In this document: piece by piece, positions 24,377-34,934 of the stretch
How the letters are laid out: each line of letters opens with the position of its first letter
Position numbering within the stretch: the stretch's first letter is position 1
Source of the DNA: a virus
Taxonomy: Duplodnaviria > Caudoviricetes
Direction: 5' to 3' (one strand)
Virus record (IMG/VR): IMGVR_UViG_3300025018_002598
Location: 19,340 to 83,339 of that record
DNA: 64,000 nt
Position numbers and translations under genes: made by a program
The notes under the pieces: generated by a model
The model's input: the letters and a program-made list of their open reading frames with translations, nothing else
The model's database searches: none
What the model was told of the DNA's origin: nothing

Positions 24377-27016
24377 TCATTTCCCTGATTGACTGGAGAA
24401 CTCATTTAAAGTCTGGCCAACTTTCAACTCATAACCCCAATCTCCCATTCCTTTTTCATTCAGAATCTCTTGGAAGATCTCAAATGTTCTATTCATTAAA
24501 AAAGACTGGTCTGGAGAGTCTGATGAGTTTATCTCATCAATTAAATTATTTAGTTTTGGAAATAAAGAATTCTTAACGTCAGTTATTACGGACTGGACAT
24601 CACTTATTTCGTCAAGGTTATTTATTCTGAATGTTTTTACTCTATCGATCTTACAACTTTGGATTTCTTCTTCGTTCTCTACTTCTTGAGAACACTCTTC
24701 GTGCAATCCTTGATGGTTGTCTACTAACCATTTATCTAGGAATGCATCGTCTAAGCACCAAATTAAAGAACTTCCTATTTTTAGAAATTGGTCAAAGAGA
24801 TTGTCTGGTAACTGAAAGATATTTACTGACATCACAAAGTCAAGTTCACCAGGAGTAATTTTTTCGTCAGTTCTATATACTACTGAATATCTAAACATCC
24901 CATCATGATTTGCCTTTTTATTTTTCCATCTTTTTTTAGCTCTTTCACTTTGAAGACGACTAAAGGCTTTTTCCCCAATTTCCTTTCTTTCTTTCTCTAC
25001 TTTGGCCTTTCCTGTGTTACTTTGATACTCAGAATATCCGTCTTTACCCTTTTCTTTTTTTAGGGATTGATGACGATCCTTACCCCCATACTCGTAAGAG
25101 CCTTCTTCTTGAGTTTTTTTCTTATGCTTTTTTTTAGGAATCCACTCAAGATTATCTTTTGTATCAGTCCCTCCTTTCCAGCGAGGTTTTTTGTGATCGA
25201 GTTCGTATTCACCCTTACCCTTTGGTTTTTCTGGGATTTCTTTCGACTTAATTCTAGGTCTTTTTGCAGTTTTATATGATGTGTGTTCTTTCGAAAAAAT
25301 CTTATACCAATCATTACTATTGCTTTCTTTCTTGAAGTAGAAATAATGAATATCTTCTTCGTCATCATAGAATATATCTATTCCATTTTTTTTTAGTCTT
25401 TCAAAGTCATTTTCCTCATCTTGTGCGAAGTCAGTAACATCGCCATAAGGTAAGGAATCATTTATACAATATCCATCCTCATCAAAAGAGTTGACACAAT
25501 CTCCAATAATATTTTCTCTTTCAAATTTATTAGACTTTACTATCCTATAATTTAAATCAGACTCTTTTACGAACTCATAAATACTCCCTTGTCTTTCAAT
25601 GAAATCAATATCTTCATGTCTTCCAGTAAATGCTAAATGATTAATGTATGAATCGAAGTCTTTTTCTTCAACCTCTTCTTCTTCGTCGTCATTATATTTT
25701 ATTTTTATTTTATCTGGAGTTGTAACATCAACATCTGCATGTTGAAGGACTTCTACAAGATTACTCTCTTTATCATCAACCAATAGAACTCTTTCATTCT
25801 GTGGCATAAACATACTCTTTGGAAGGTCTTTGGCTACAACTACCATTTTATTAAAATACTGTAAAAGACCAAAAGAACGGAGTAAGTGAACAACAGGTTG
25901 ATCCTGCATCTCTACACCTTCCTTTTCAGATCTAGAAACAACCCCCAAATTCTTATCTTGTTCTGAAAGCGAACGAATTATATATTTTATATCTTTTCTC
26001 AATACAATCTCTGTACCCTTAGCATCGAAAGCACGATTACCTTCTACGGTAAAGGGTATGTCCATCTCATATGCTTTATCTCCTTCCCATATTGTAAAAT
26101 CTGCATCAAATATGATTGTGTCATAATCATCTATTGATATTTTCTTTTCACTATGGAAGGCTGCTCCAAAAGTTCCCAAGTATTCCATGTCTTCAAAAGA
26201 CTTGATTAAATTAGAAGACTTAATGAACCTACCTCTAATCAAAGGAGAGATTTGAGCGCAAATCATTCGCTTTAATTGTGATACTTCATAGTCATCATCA
26301 AACCTCGGCAACAATGAATGAACATTGTTTCTTAAAAGATCTAAATCTAAAGATTTCGATCCAATTAAATCAAGCATAGAGGATGCAAGTATTTTTAAGT
26401 TTTGAAATTCTCTTATTTTACTTTTATTATAGGAGTTTAAGCTAGAAAGAGAATCAACACTACCCTTTTTATTTTTAGAAGCTTTTCTTACAATACCGTA
26501 ATGCCCTGGAAAATGCTCAGGATCATAAAAGGTCATGCCAGAAGGCTTTGCACCTTGACTTTGACTGAAGTCTATCTGGTATCGGTATTGTAAATCTTTC
26601 GATTCGGGTTGTTCTACAATGCTGGATTTCTTTTCTAAATCTTCCATATATTTCCATATCTCAGAGATAAGTGTTGTTGAATGTTTTCTATTCAACTCAG
26701 CCTCTTTTTTGAAATCTTCTAATTTGGAGGATATTTTACTAAGTAGATCTTCAGCATCTTTTTCACTTTTTACAGTGATATAGTTTCTTTGGAGAACTTG
26801 TCCAAGCAAATCGTTTTTAAGTACAAAAGAAACTCTATAGAGACTATCTCCCCATCTACTTGTATTCAAGTTGGCTAAAAGCGGTGATGAGTATTTATCC
26901 ACCGCATTAAGATAGATTGATGCTTCCTTCTTACCTACATTAGAGTCAGAAGAGTTGTAAATATTAAAAACACCACCTGATTCTACTTTTTCTATATTAA
27001 TTTTCTGCTCAGGCAT
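24377..27016 (-). CDS. 879-aa multidomain protein with HAD (MDP-1-like) phosphatase and HNH domains
   Basis: IIFDADFTIWEG...GVVSRS...LLVDD (HAD) and ELDHKKPRWKGGTDTKDNLEWIPKKKHKKKT (HNH). Confidence 0.7.
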   Translation of the reverse strand: MPEQKINIEKVESGGVFNIYNSSDSNVGKKEASIYLNAVDKYSSPLLANLNTSRWGDSLYRVSFVLKNDLLGQVLQRNYITVKSEKDAEDLLSKISSKLEDFKKEAELNRKHSTTLISEIWKYMEDLEKKSSIVEQPESKDLQYRYQIDFSQSQGAKPSGMTFYDPEHFPGHYGIVRKASKNKKGSVDSLSSLNSYNKSKIREFQNLKILASSMLDLIGSKSLDLDLLRNNVHSLLPRFDDDYEVSQLKRMICAQISPLIRGRFIKSSNLIKSFEDMEYLGTFGAAFHSEKKISIDDYDTIIFDADFTIWEGDKAYEMDIPFTVEGNRAFDAKGTEIVLRKDIKYIIRSLSEQDKNLGVVSRSEKEGVEMQDQPVVHLLRSFGLLQYFNKMVVVAKDLPKSMFMPQNERVLLVDDKESNLVEVLQHADVDVTTPDKIKIKYNDDEEEEVEEKDFDSYINHLAFTGRHEDIDFIERQGSIYEFVKESDLNYRIVKSNKFERENIIGDCVNSFDEDGYCINDSLPYGDVTDFAQDEENDFERLKKNGIDIFYDDEEDIHYFYFKKESNSNDWYKIFSKEHTSYKTAKRPRIKSKEIPEKPKGKGEYELDHKKPRWKGGTDTKDNLEWIPKKKHKKKTQEEGSYEYGGKDRHQSLKKEKGKDGYSEYQSNTGKAKVEKERKEIGEKAFSRLQSERAKKRWKNKKANHDGMFRYSVVYRTDEKITPGELDFVMSVNIFQLPDNLFDQFLKIGSSLIWCLDDAFLDKWLVDNHQGLHEECSQEVENEEEIQSCKIDRVKTFRINNLDEISDVQSVITDVKNSLFPKLNNLIDEINSSDSPDQSFLMNRTFEIFQEILNEKGMGDWGYELKVGQTLNEFSSQSGK

Positions 27017-27031
27017 TTGTGTACTCCAAAT

Positions 27032-27076
27032 AAAAAATCCCCTTCAGATATTTATTCTGTAAATCTGAAAGGGATT
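27032..27076 (-). terminator. Intrinsic terminator
   Basis: Minus strand AATCCCTTTCAGAT...ATCTGAAGGGGATT followed by a T-run. Confidence 0.75.
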
Positions 27077-27079
27077 CCT
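27054..27079 (-). promoter_or_regulatory. Putative SigH-type promoter AGGA-N18-GAAT overlapping the terminator
   Basis: AGGA at 27079-76 and GAAT at 27057-54, upstream of the 879-aa gene. Confidence 0.5.
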
Positions 27080-27100
27080 GTATCAATTGAGCATTTAGTT

Positions 27101-27478
27101 TTATTGGAAATCTACAATTCTTTCTAGTTTGGCAAGATCTGTTGTAGACAACTTGACTTCGTTACCTAAATCGGAAATCTTAATAGGTATTTTTGTAATG
27201 TTAATTTCTACTTTTTCTTCAACTAAAGATTTGAATTCTTCATTGAATATTTCTATGTTTTCTTCATTAACCTTTAGTGTCTGGGGGTTTTTCTCATCAG
27301 CCTCACCATACTTCTGAAAAAGAGAAAATCTAGCCTCTTCAAATCTTTTAATTTCATCCATCAAAGGCTCTAGATTTTTTTTCAATCTAAAACTAATAGC
27401 AATAGGAAAGGGCTGTTCAACCAGTCTAACTACCGATTCTTTAATTATGGCGATTTCACCTAAAGTAATTTCAATCAT
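27101..27478 (-). CDS. Small helical protein (DUF1617-like, often tail-fibre associated)
   Basis: PIAISFRLKKNL...EEARFSLFQKYGE pattern, located downstream of the fibre gene. Confidence 0.5.
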   Translation of the reverse strand: MIEITLGEIAIIKESVVRLVEQPFPIAISFRLKKNLEPLMDEIKRFEEARFSLFQKYGEADEKNPQTLKVNEENIEIFNEEFKSLVEEKVEINITKIPIKISDLGNEVKLSTTDLAKLERIVDFQ

Positions 27479-27533
27479 TTTTTTTCTCCAGTCTAATTTT
27501 TTTAATTCGATACGACTTTCTATTGTTGGCCTT

Positions 27534-28511
27534 TTACATCAATACTTCGAAATAATTAAGACCCAAAGCAAATTCAAAATTATAATCATATCCATATCCG
27601 TATGTTGTACTATAGCCGTAACCATAACCGAAATTAATTCCATATGATTGAAGACTAAAGGTTTGAGCTAAAACTATTTTAACCAAAACAGGTAATTGAG
27701 TTTTTGCATATTCCAACATTTGAGATTCTTCTGGAGTTAAAGTGATGTTAGTGTCCAATTCAAAATAAGAAGAATATGGAGCTAAAGTTCCCTCTGTCAA
27801 AGAATCTGATACTAGATTTAGTGAAATCTTTATAAATTCTGTAGTGAAAATACTCATTGTTTGAAGCAACAAAGCTCTAACAAAAGGGCTAGGGGGTCCA
27901 CCTGCAATTTCATCATCGGCCCCAACATCAGACCAAGAACCTACTTTTAAGGCATTTATCAAATCAATTACAGAATCTTGCTGACTTCGAATGTTTGTTA
28001 AATTGTTTACCTGAGAAGTTAAAACAGTCACCATAGCCATTTTAATTGCATCGGTAATATATGGATCGAAAGAAAGATTCTTGATTAATATAATCGCCTT
28101 TTTCCAATATTCTGATCCCTTACTGACTAATTCTATTTTATCCATTGAATCTTTTGCGAAGAAAGGTGTTGGAGATTCTGGTTCGATAGGTCTAATTGGT
28201 GGAGTTGGTTGCTCTCCTCTAGTCTCTACATCGGCGTCAATCCAAATACTTAATTCGTTGACATAAATATCTAATTCTGCATTATAAATCGCAAGATCGA
28301 TTTCGTAATTACTAAAATCTTCTTGATATTGTGCCATTCGACTATTAAAGTCATTAACCAAAAAAGATCTTTCAATTAGAGAGAGCTTATGTTGTGCCAA
28401 AACTCCAAGAGAAATCGCATAAGTAACTCTATCTGAAAGTTCAGTGAGATTGCCTTCGAAAACGGGTTGTCCATAATAACGTTCTATATTCATTTTTTTG
28501 ACCTCAATCAA
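27534..28511 (-). CDS. Hypothetical protein with Tyr-Gly-rich C-terminus
   Basis: FGYGYGYSTTYGYGYDY; located in the tail-fibre operon. Confidence 0.6.
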   Translation of the reverse strand: MIEVKKMNIERYYGQPVFEGNLTELSDRVTYAISLGVLAQHKLSLIERSFLVNDFNSRMAQYQEDFSNYEIDLAIYNAELDIYVNELSIWIDADVETRGEQPTPPIRPIEPESPTPFFAKDSMDKIELVSKGSEYWKKAIILIKNLSFDPYITDAIKMAMVTVLTSQVNNLTNIRSQQDSVIDLINALKVGSWSDVGADDEIAGGPPSPFVRALLLQTMSIFTTEFIKISLNLVSDSLTEGTLAPYSSYFELDTNITLTPEESQMLEYAKTQLPVLVKIVLAQTFSLQSYGINFGYGYGYSTTYGYGYDYNFEFALGLNYFEVLM

Positions 28512-28911
28512 TATTTATTCTTTCGTAAGATTCTGGTTTAACTTCATTCCTATTAGGAACAAGAACTTGTTCATAATAACCCTTTGCTATAATTTCAACA
28601 GAAGAGTAATCTTCAGGCATTTGTGAAATATCGAACTCCACAAGAATTTCTTGGCCTTTGTAGATCTTTATATACGACGCATCTGATTGTCTTAATCTTT
28701 TTGCTATTGGTTCAATTCTGACTTTATCACCATTTATTCTTTCTATTTCTAAATATACATATCTAAGAACTGTAATTTCATCCTTCTCTTCTCTAATCAA
28801 ATACTGACCTAGAGGAGATCGGTTCACTGACAATCTATCTTCTTTGTCTAAACTTGAATCTTTCTGGTTCTTAAGTATTTCACCTTCCAACACGTTTGAA
28901 AGAATAAGCAC
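28504..28911 (-). CDS. Hypothetical protein
   Basis: 135-aa ORF overlapping its neighbours. Confidence 0.55.
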   Translation of the reverse strand: MLILSNVLEGEILKNQKDSSLDKEDRLSVNRSPLGQYLIREEKDEITVLRYVYLEIERINGDKVRIEPIAKRLRQSDASYIKIYKGQEILVEFDISQMPEDYSSVEIIAKGYYEQVLVPNRNEVKPESYERINID

Positions 28912-30694
28912 AAAGATAACAATTTACTCCATTTATATTTATTTTCAACATTCTATAAAATGCCCATCCACCGCCACTATTGTCGCCAAAGGGACCAACT
29001 ACGACTGAATTACTTCCCTGGAATGTAGAAACATTCCAAGTTCCACCAACAGTACCATCGGTTGCTGATGTATACCCATCAAACCTCGTAAAGGCAAAGT
29101 CTAAATCATTTTGATCTAAAGTTAAACAATAGTCGGCTGAAGTGTTGTTTATTATTGCCATGTCTCCTGTTAATGTAAGTTTGTAACTAAGAGTAGGTGT
29201 AGCGGATGTATTTCCAAAAGCCCAATTGCCAAAATAGCTAACAAAGTCAAAATCTGAAGATGAGGAGCCAAAGTATGTATTTCCATTTGCAGGATTCAAA
29301 TACAATGTATTTGCACTCGCATACATCATCTGATTATTTCCAGTATACATATCTATTCTATTTGTTTGAAATCTAAAATAAGTATCTGTATCTCCTAAGT
29401 GATATAAATATTCAGAGAAAAAGGAAGTTGATGAAAACGTGGCAGAAGATTGCACTGTTAATGTAGTGCTCATCAAGACTGAACTTTTAAAATTTACCGT
29501 TCCTGTAAATTCATGATTGTAATTTGCCGTATTATTGCCTCCATAACCAATATAGGTAGTTAGACTTTTTATGGTCATTACATTATTTGCACCGCCATAA
29601 ACATAACACCCATCAGTAACGTTATAACCCAGAAGAACACCTTCTCCGCTGGACGTATAATCACCAGCCTCAATTTCATTTCCTTTTATTCTCAAATTAG
29701 AAGTAAAGTTGTCAGGAGTATAAAGTGTATTGGCTGCACTTCTATAAAGTTCAACATCGGCACCAAAGTTCAAAGGATAACTTGCAGATGAATCAGTTAA
29801 AGTTACTTCTCCACGTATTGTAGCAGTATCAGTATTGGCATTTCCTAAAGTGGAGTTTCCTAAAACTTGAAGATAACCATCAGTTCTAAGTGCAGTGCTT
29901 GCATAAAATTCTCCAGTGAAAGATCCTAAACCTACTTGTAAATAAAGAACATTGGTGGAATCTACTGATATGTAACCAACAGAACTTAAATCGAATTTCG
30001 TAGCAGTCACTATTCCTGAAAATACTGCTGAAGTTACATCCATAGTCAATGCATCTATTGAATTTCTTTTGACTACAAATTGATTTCCTATATTAGAAAG
30101 TGTAATAATCCCAGCAGAAGGGGAGGCGTCAGTTAGAGTTATTGTTGGATCGTCTTTCGATATAGTTAAATCTCCAGAAAGAGATCCACCAGTAAGTGGT
30201 AAATAACTTCCAAGATCACTAATTTGAGATTCAGTAATAATTAATGCTGCTTGATGTTGAGTAACATTTGATTGTGCTATTCTAGCATCAGCAAATGTAC
30301 CTGAAGTGATATCTGTAGTAGCATGAGTATGGGTAGCGTCAGCAATTCCCGCTTCTGCCAATGTATTATTTTCCCAAGCAGCGCCAGTCCATTTTAATAT
30401 TTCACCTGTGGCAATATCGGTAATGGTAGTGTCGGTCAGGGCATCTAGAGTCGAAGATCCAGCAGCAACAGTATCATTTACCCATGCACTACCATTATAA
30501 ACTAAAGACTGTCCAGTTGTTGCTCCGGTAATCGTTACATCGTCAAGCGAATCTAATATTGAAGCATTTGTTGGATCTACCCAAGTGCCATTACCATCAG
30601 CATCTGATGTCAAAACATATCCAGAAGAAGGAAAACCGCCTTCAATCTTAATAGTTCCAGGAACATAAAGTTTACCATCTACATATTTAATCAT
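28880..30694 (-). CDS. Tail fibre / receptor-binding-like protein
   Basis: Thr/Ser/Gly-rich beta repeats, LDxLxDxTIT repeats, TESQISDL and YLPLTGGSLSGDL fibre motifs. Confidence 0.75.
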   Translation of the reverse strand: MIKYVDGKLYVPGTIKIEGGFPSSGYVLTSDADGNGTWVDPTNASILDSLDDVTITGATTGQSLVYNGSAWVNDTVAAGSSTLDALTDTTITDIATGEILKWTGAAWENNTLAEAGIADATHTHATTDITSGTFADARIAQSNVTQHQAALIITESQISDLGSYLPLTGGSLSGDLTISKDDPTITLTDASPSAGIITLSNIGNQFVVKRNSIDALTMDVTSAVFSGIVTATKFDLSSVGYISVDSTNVLYLQVGLGSFTGEFYASTALRTDGYLQVLGNSTLGNANTDTATIRGEVTLTDSSASYPLNFGADVELYRSAANTLYTPDNFTSNLRIKGNEIEAGDYTSSGEGVLLGYNVTDGCYVYGGANNVMTIKSLTTYIGYGGNNTANYNHEFTGTVNFKSSVLMSTTLTVQSSATFSSTSFFSEYLYHLGDTDTYFRFQTNRIDMYTGNNQMMYASANTLYLNPANGNTYFGSSSSDFDFVSYFGNWAFGNTSATPTLSYKLTLTGDMAIINNTSADYCLTLDQNDLDFAFTRFDGYTSATDGTVGGTWNVSTFQGSNSVVVGPFGDNSGGGWAFYRMLKININGVNCYLCAYSFKRVGR

Positions 30695-30751
30695 TTTTGA
30701 TTTCCCTGTTCATTGTTCTTCTGTTAATGTTTACGATATTTACACTTGACA

Positions 30752-31288
30752 TTATCTCTTGTCCATAAGTTTTTTAAATTCTTTTAGATTGAAAATTCTT
30801 TTCCCTTGAAACTTTTTCTTTATCAAAAATTGGTGAGCCTTCATGTTCCACTTAGCATCTTCCAAGGCATTATGTTCGCCGCTTTTCTGTTGAGGTATTT
30901 CAGGGTCTCCCAAGTCATAAGCCATTTGTTTTATATCGTAGGTGAACATTGGGAAGTTATCTGGAAGATCAACCATCCTTCCAAAAAGTTGGCAAAAGAC
31001 CACATGGTCATAAGCGCCATAATAAGTAACAAAAATAGGTTTGGGATCATCTCCAATAAACTTAACAATTTCTTGTGCTATTTGACCATTACTTTTTCTT
31101 TTAGATTCTTCTATGTCTAATTTACTTAACACATTTTCTTTAACCCAGTCATCTGCTAAAGATTCATCATATTCATTAGAAACAGCATAGTATTGATCGC
31201 CTTCTTCTGAAATGATTCCGATAGATACAAAATGTATAGGATTCTCAGGACCGCTTTCTATAAATTCTAAATCCATATAATATTTCAT
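30752..31288 (-). CDS. DEDDh 3'-5' exoribonuclease, RNase AS (Rv2179c)-like
   Basis: YYMDLEFIE..SIGI, YGAYDHVVFCQLFG and HNALEDAKW. Confidence 0.85.
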   Translation of the reverse strand: MKYYMDLEFIESGPENPIHFVSIGIISEEGDQYYAVSNEYDESLADDWVKENVLSKLDIEESKRKSNGQIAQEIVKFIGDDPKPIFVTYYGAYDHVVFCQLFGRMVDLPDNFPMFTYDIKQMAYDLGDPEIPQQKSGEHNALEDAKWNMKAHQFLIKKKFQGKRIFNLKEFKKLMDKR

Positions 31289-32541
31289 ATTTTATATCCC
31301 CACTTTCTTGAGGACGCTGTCTCTATTGATTGTGATATCTGTGAGCCTTCTGAGGATTCTTTTCCTTCTCTCGTAATCAAACCTCTCAATGGAGCGTATT
31401 TATCATTACCTTCCAACATCATATCTAAGAATTTAGCTTCAGCAGTTTCTGCATCACCTTCTCCAGAAGGGTCTCCTTGCTCTACTGTCATATTAAGTGC
31501 ATGTTGACCTTCATGTGCAATCACTGATGCGACGGCAAGAGTTAAAGTTAATTTTTCAATTTGACTTTCACTTACATTCTCAGGAACGTCTGCTCCATTA
31601 TTTATGTTTTCACGAACTTCTGAAATTAAAGATTGAACTTCTTGCATTATTCTTTCAGGGTTAACTCTAAAGGCAACTAAGTTTTTCCCTTTATCAACTT
31701 CCCAAATGCTATTCTTTATTTCTTCTGCTATTTGTTGAGATATTGTTCCGTCTGGATTTTTACTATTTTCTATTTGATCCAACATTCTTCTTTTTATTAT
31801 TTTTCTAGTTAAATCTGTTTCAGCGACACCAAGAGGTCCACCTTCCATTGTAAGTATTTCTTTATCGTCAACCTTAACTACTTGATTTGCATCGGCAATT
31901 GCTTCACTTACTATGTCTGAAGGTAAGTGATTTTGAAGATAAGCACTTTCATCAATAGGTCCATACTGAGTACTATTTAAATCTTCCCCGCCTTGAATCT
32001 CTTGTTTCAATCTTTCAACGTCCACAACTTGCTCTTGTGAAGTTCTAATCATTCCGCTAGAAAATGCCGCTATTTCATTTGTCATTTCATCATCAAAAAC
32101 TTCTCGAACTAGTTCTTTAAAGTATTCTGGATTCTCTCTAACCATTTCGATAAATTCAATGTCTTCAGGATCATTTCCTAAATGCTCTAAAACTTCATCC
32201 CAATCAATCTCTTCTTTTTGTGTCATAAGCAATAAAAGAATATCCCAATCTTCTTCATCTAAATCATCCGATGGAACAAAAGTGGAATATGAATTATGTT
32301 CTGACAATTTTAAATTAAAGTCAGTTGAGCTAGTTTTGAGATAGATATCTTTCATTAAATCATCTTTATTGTCTTCCCATATAGCCAAAAGTCTCTCTCC
32401 AGTCAAAGGTTCTCCGTTTGGATCAACTGTCCAAGGAGAATCTGAATCGACATATTTTTGCAAAAGATATCTTAATAAAACTACATTAGGATATCCATTT
32501 TGATCTAAAACTGGTTGAGAGATTTCTTCGTATTGATTCAT
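31285..32541 (-). CDS. Acidic protein with C-terminal HExxH motif
   Basis: VIAHEGQHA...EGDAETAE; 418 aa. Confidence 0.55.
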   Translation of the reverse strand: MNQYEEISQPVLDQNGYPNVVLLRYLLQKYVDSDSPWTVDPNGEPLTGERLLAIWEDNKDDLMKDIYLKTSSTDFNLKLSEHNSYSTFVPSDDLDEEDWDILLLLMTQKEEIDWDEVLEHLGNDPEDIEFIEMVRENPEYFKELVREVFDDEMTNEIAAFSSGMIRTSQEQVVDVERLKQEIQGGEDLNSTQYGPIDESAYLQNHLPSDIVSEAIADANQVVKVDDKEILTMEGGPLGVAETDLTRKIIKRRMLDQIENSKNPDGTISQQIAEEIKNSIWEVDKGKNLVAFRVNPERIMQEVQSLISEVRENINNGADVPENVSESQIEKLTLTLAVASVIAHEGQHALNMTVEQGDPSGEGDAETAEAKFLDMMLEGNDKYAPLRGLITREGKESSEGSQISQSIETASSRKWGYKI

Positions 32542-32840
32542 GAAATCAATCCTTCCTCCATTAGCATAGAGGCTGTAGACATATGAGATTGAGTCATCTG
32601 ACTAAATAAGCCGCTACTTAGCATATTGCTTAACATCTCATATGATTCTGTTACAATCTGTGGATCTATACCTTTTGTATTTGCAAATTCAGCAAGAGCA
32701 TTTTGAACATTTCTCTCTAAATCTGATTCATCAATAGAGTCAATCTCTTGAGCCTTTTTTTCAAAAGGATTTACGGAACTTATTGATCCGAAATTAGATG
32801 ACATCATGATGCCTTTACCTTGGGTGTTTGACGAACTCAT
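32538..32840 (-). CDS. Hypothetical protein
   Basis: 100 aa; contains FEKKAQ. Confidence 0.5.
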   Translation of the reverse strand: MSSSNTQGKGIMMSSNFGSISSVNPFEKKAQEIDSIDESDLERNVQNALAEFANTKGIDPQIVTESYEMLSNMLSSGLFSQMTQSHMSTASMLMEEGLIS

Positions 32841-33855
32841 AGCCAGGTGCCCTCCTAAGTTTTTTATTTCTTCTATTAACCCATCTTTCTTCTGGGTTAT
32901 CTAAATAATATCCAGTCTTTGCTTTATCTAAAATTTCCCATCTTTTAGCTCTCTGTTGTTGATTCTCTCTTTTTTTTCTTCTTAGATAAGCCTTATGGTT
33001 CTCACGCTCATTCAATAGTCTCTGAATCATTTTTGTTTGGGCGGTTTTTACAGAGGCATCTTTAGTTATGTTCAATCCAAGATAATGATTTTTGATAAAT
33101 TTTTCTATTTCAGTTTCTTTGGGAATGTAAGGTAACAATCCTAATTTAGAAAACTCTTGATAGGCTAACTCTGCATTAAACTGAAAAGCCTTCTGAACAG
33201 TTTTCTTTATCATATTGCTATTAGGATGTTTTTGCATAAAATCTAAAATCATAGGTATATACTTTTGAACGGCTGCTTCATACTCATCTGTGGATTGTAG
33301 ATCGAATTGACACTTAAAACGAATGCCACGTAAAACTCTTTTAGGATCTATAGATGTTGTTTTCATTGGATCTAAAGGAGTTCTTAATATCTTGTTTTTA
33401 ATATCATCTTGAGCAAGCCCAGTGATATCAAGAATTTCTTTTGTCTCAGAATCAAGCAATAATGTATTTATTGTAAAGTCACGAGAATATACATCTTTAT
33501 TCATAGGAGTTGGTTTTACTCCTAATTTATACAACTCATCTATAATGTGAGGTACGTTGTAAAATGCATTATGGAATTCAACTTCACGTCCACTTGGCAT
33601 AACTACCAAAGCGGTTCCAGAAGATTCATAGATCTGAGGTTCAGGTAATCCATATTTGGCAGCAACAAAAAAAGCCAAATCAAAAGCATTACCGTTTTGT
33701 TCGGTAACATCCAAATCTGTATCATCATCAACAGGATAGCCAGCCACCATATCACGAGGGAGACCACCTACAACATAAAGTTTCATCTGTAAATCTTTAC
33801 AGACTACATTTATCTTTTCTAAATCCTGTTGTATTTCTTTAGGTATTCCTGTCAT
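32815..33855 (-). CDS. cca: CCA-adding enzyme / class II tRNA nucleotidyltransferase-like protein
   Basis: YVVGGLPRD, DLDV, RDFTIN and DPKRVLRGIRF. Poly(A) polymerase activity cannot be excluded from sequence alone. Confidence 0.85.
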   Translation of the reverse strand: MTGIPKEIQQDLEKINVVCKDLQMKLYVVGGLPRDMVAGYPVDDDTDLDVTEQNGNAFDLAFFVAAKYGLPEPQIYESSGTALVVMPSGREVEFHNAFYNVPHIIDELYKLGVKPTPMNKDVYSRDFTINTLLLDSETKEILDITGLAQDDIKNKILRTPLDPMKTTSIDPKRVLRGIRFKCQFDLQSTDEYEAAVQKYIPMILDFMQKHPNSNMIKKTVQKAFQFNAELAYQEFSKLGLLPYIPKETEIEKFIKNHYLGLNITKDASVKTAQTKMIQRLLNERENHKAYLRRKKRENQQQRAKRWEILDKAKTGYYLDNPEERWVNRRNKKLRRAPGYEFVKHPR

Positions 33856-34199
33856 GAAAATACGACCTCTCCATCCTTTATTTCTATCTTCTTACCTTCT
33901 TTTAAATCGATCTTACTTGGCAAATCTTTATGTGCTTCTATTACATATCGAATACCATGTCCACTTGATACTGGATTTAATTGATTTTCGTTAAGATATC
34001 CTACCTTTTTAACATTAAATTCACTGTCACAAAAGATTAAGCTGATTGGAAAAGGTACGTTCTTATTCCAAAAAGAATAACTACCTACTTTTTCAAAGTC
34101 AAAGAATGCACATTCTGTCATTTTGAGTGGTTTTCTCCACATCAATCCAACTTCTCTAACAATATCTGTATCAGCATAAACTAATATTTCAACTTTCAT
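33852..34199 (-). CDS. DUF192-family protein
   Basis: GLMWRK...FWNKNVPFPISLIF...YVIEA. Confidence 0.8.
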   Translation of the reverse strand: MKVEILVYADTDIVREVGLMWRKPLKMTECAFFDFEKVGSYSFWNKNVPFPISLIFCDSEFNVKKVGYLNENQLNPVSSGHGIRYVIEAHKDLPSKIDLKEGKKIEIKDGEVVFS

Positions 34200-34921
34200 T
34201 TTCTAGTATTTAACTCATGAAGAATTTTTTCTGCAAAAGCACTTATTTTATGTACAGGAATTGAAGATAATGTATCACTAGCAAATCTCAAAGAATGAGA
34301 ATTGTCCAAGACTCTTTTAGATAGATGAAGTATTTCGATCAACTCTTCATCACTGTAATCATCCAATTTCTTAAATGAACCATCTTCGTTTCTAGTTGTC
34401 AAATCATAGTTCTCTATCTTGATTGGTCTAATATCTTTTTGAGCTAATTTATTCTTATCTACAGCCAAGTATTTGGTTCCGAAAACATCTTTATTATGAA
34501 CTTTGACTAAAACTCTATCTCCAAAATCATAACTATTTTTTGCTATAAGTTTTTTGGAAGCTTCTTTTCTAAAGGAACATTCTTCATCATTTAAAATAGA
34601 GTCCTTCAAAAGTTTACTTCCTTTTTGAGTCAAGGTAAATACCTTCCCTCTTCCTTCAAGGAAGCCTTTGGATGTAAGCCTACTCAATTCGTCTTGGTTG
34701 ACATTAGAGGTTATTTCTATTTGATTTTTACCGATGGTCTTTGAAGTGACCCATACGTTTTTCAAAGCAGTCTTTTCCTCTTTATTTGCTGGCTGTAAAC
34801 CGTACAGTTGCTCTAAGAAGGGAAATAGGCTCTGAAACATATCTTGTCCTATTTTGAAATCCTCTTTATTTCCATCGCTAAATGGCGCATCTGTAACTTT
34901 TGTAATTGGTAATGGACTCAT
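34196..34921 (-). CDS. Hypothetical protein with winged-helix-like segment
   Basis: LSRLTSKGFLEGRGKVFTLTQKGSKLL. Confidence 0.55.
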   Translation of the reverse strand: MSPLPITKVTDAPFSDGNKEDFKIGQDMFQSLFPFLEQLYGLQPANKEEKTALKNVWVTSKTIGKNQIEITSNVNQDELSRLTSKGFLEGRGKVFTLTQKGSKLLKDSILNDEECSFRKEASKKLIAKNSYDFGDRVLVKVHNKDVFGTKYLAVDKNKLAQKDIRPIKIENYDLTTRNEDGSFKKLDDYSDEELIEILHLSKRVLDNSHSLRFASDTLSSIPVHKISAFAEKILHELNTRK

Positions 34922-34934
34922 TTCATATACTCCT

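Noticed and set aside
27505-27532. AGGC...GAAT upstream of 27478 as another SigH-type promoter
   Set aside because: The spacer is 20 nt and the -35 box is imperfect, so it does not fit the 17-18 nt pattern.
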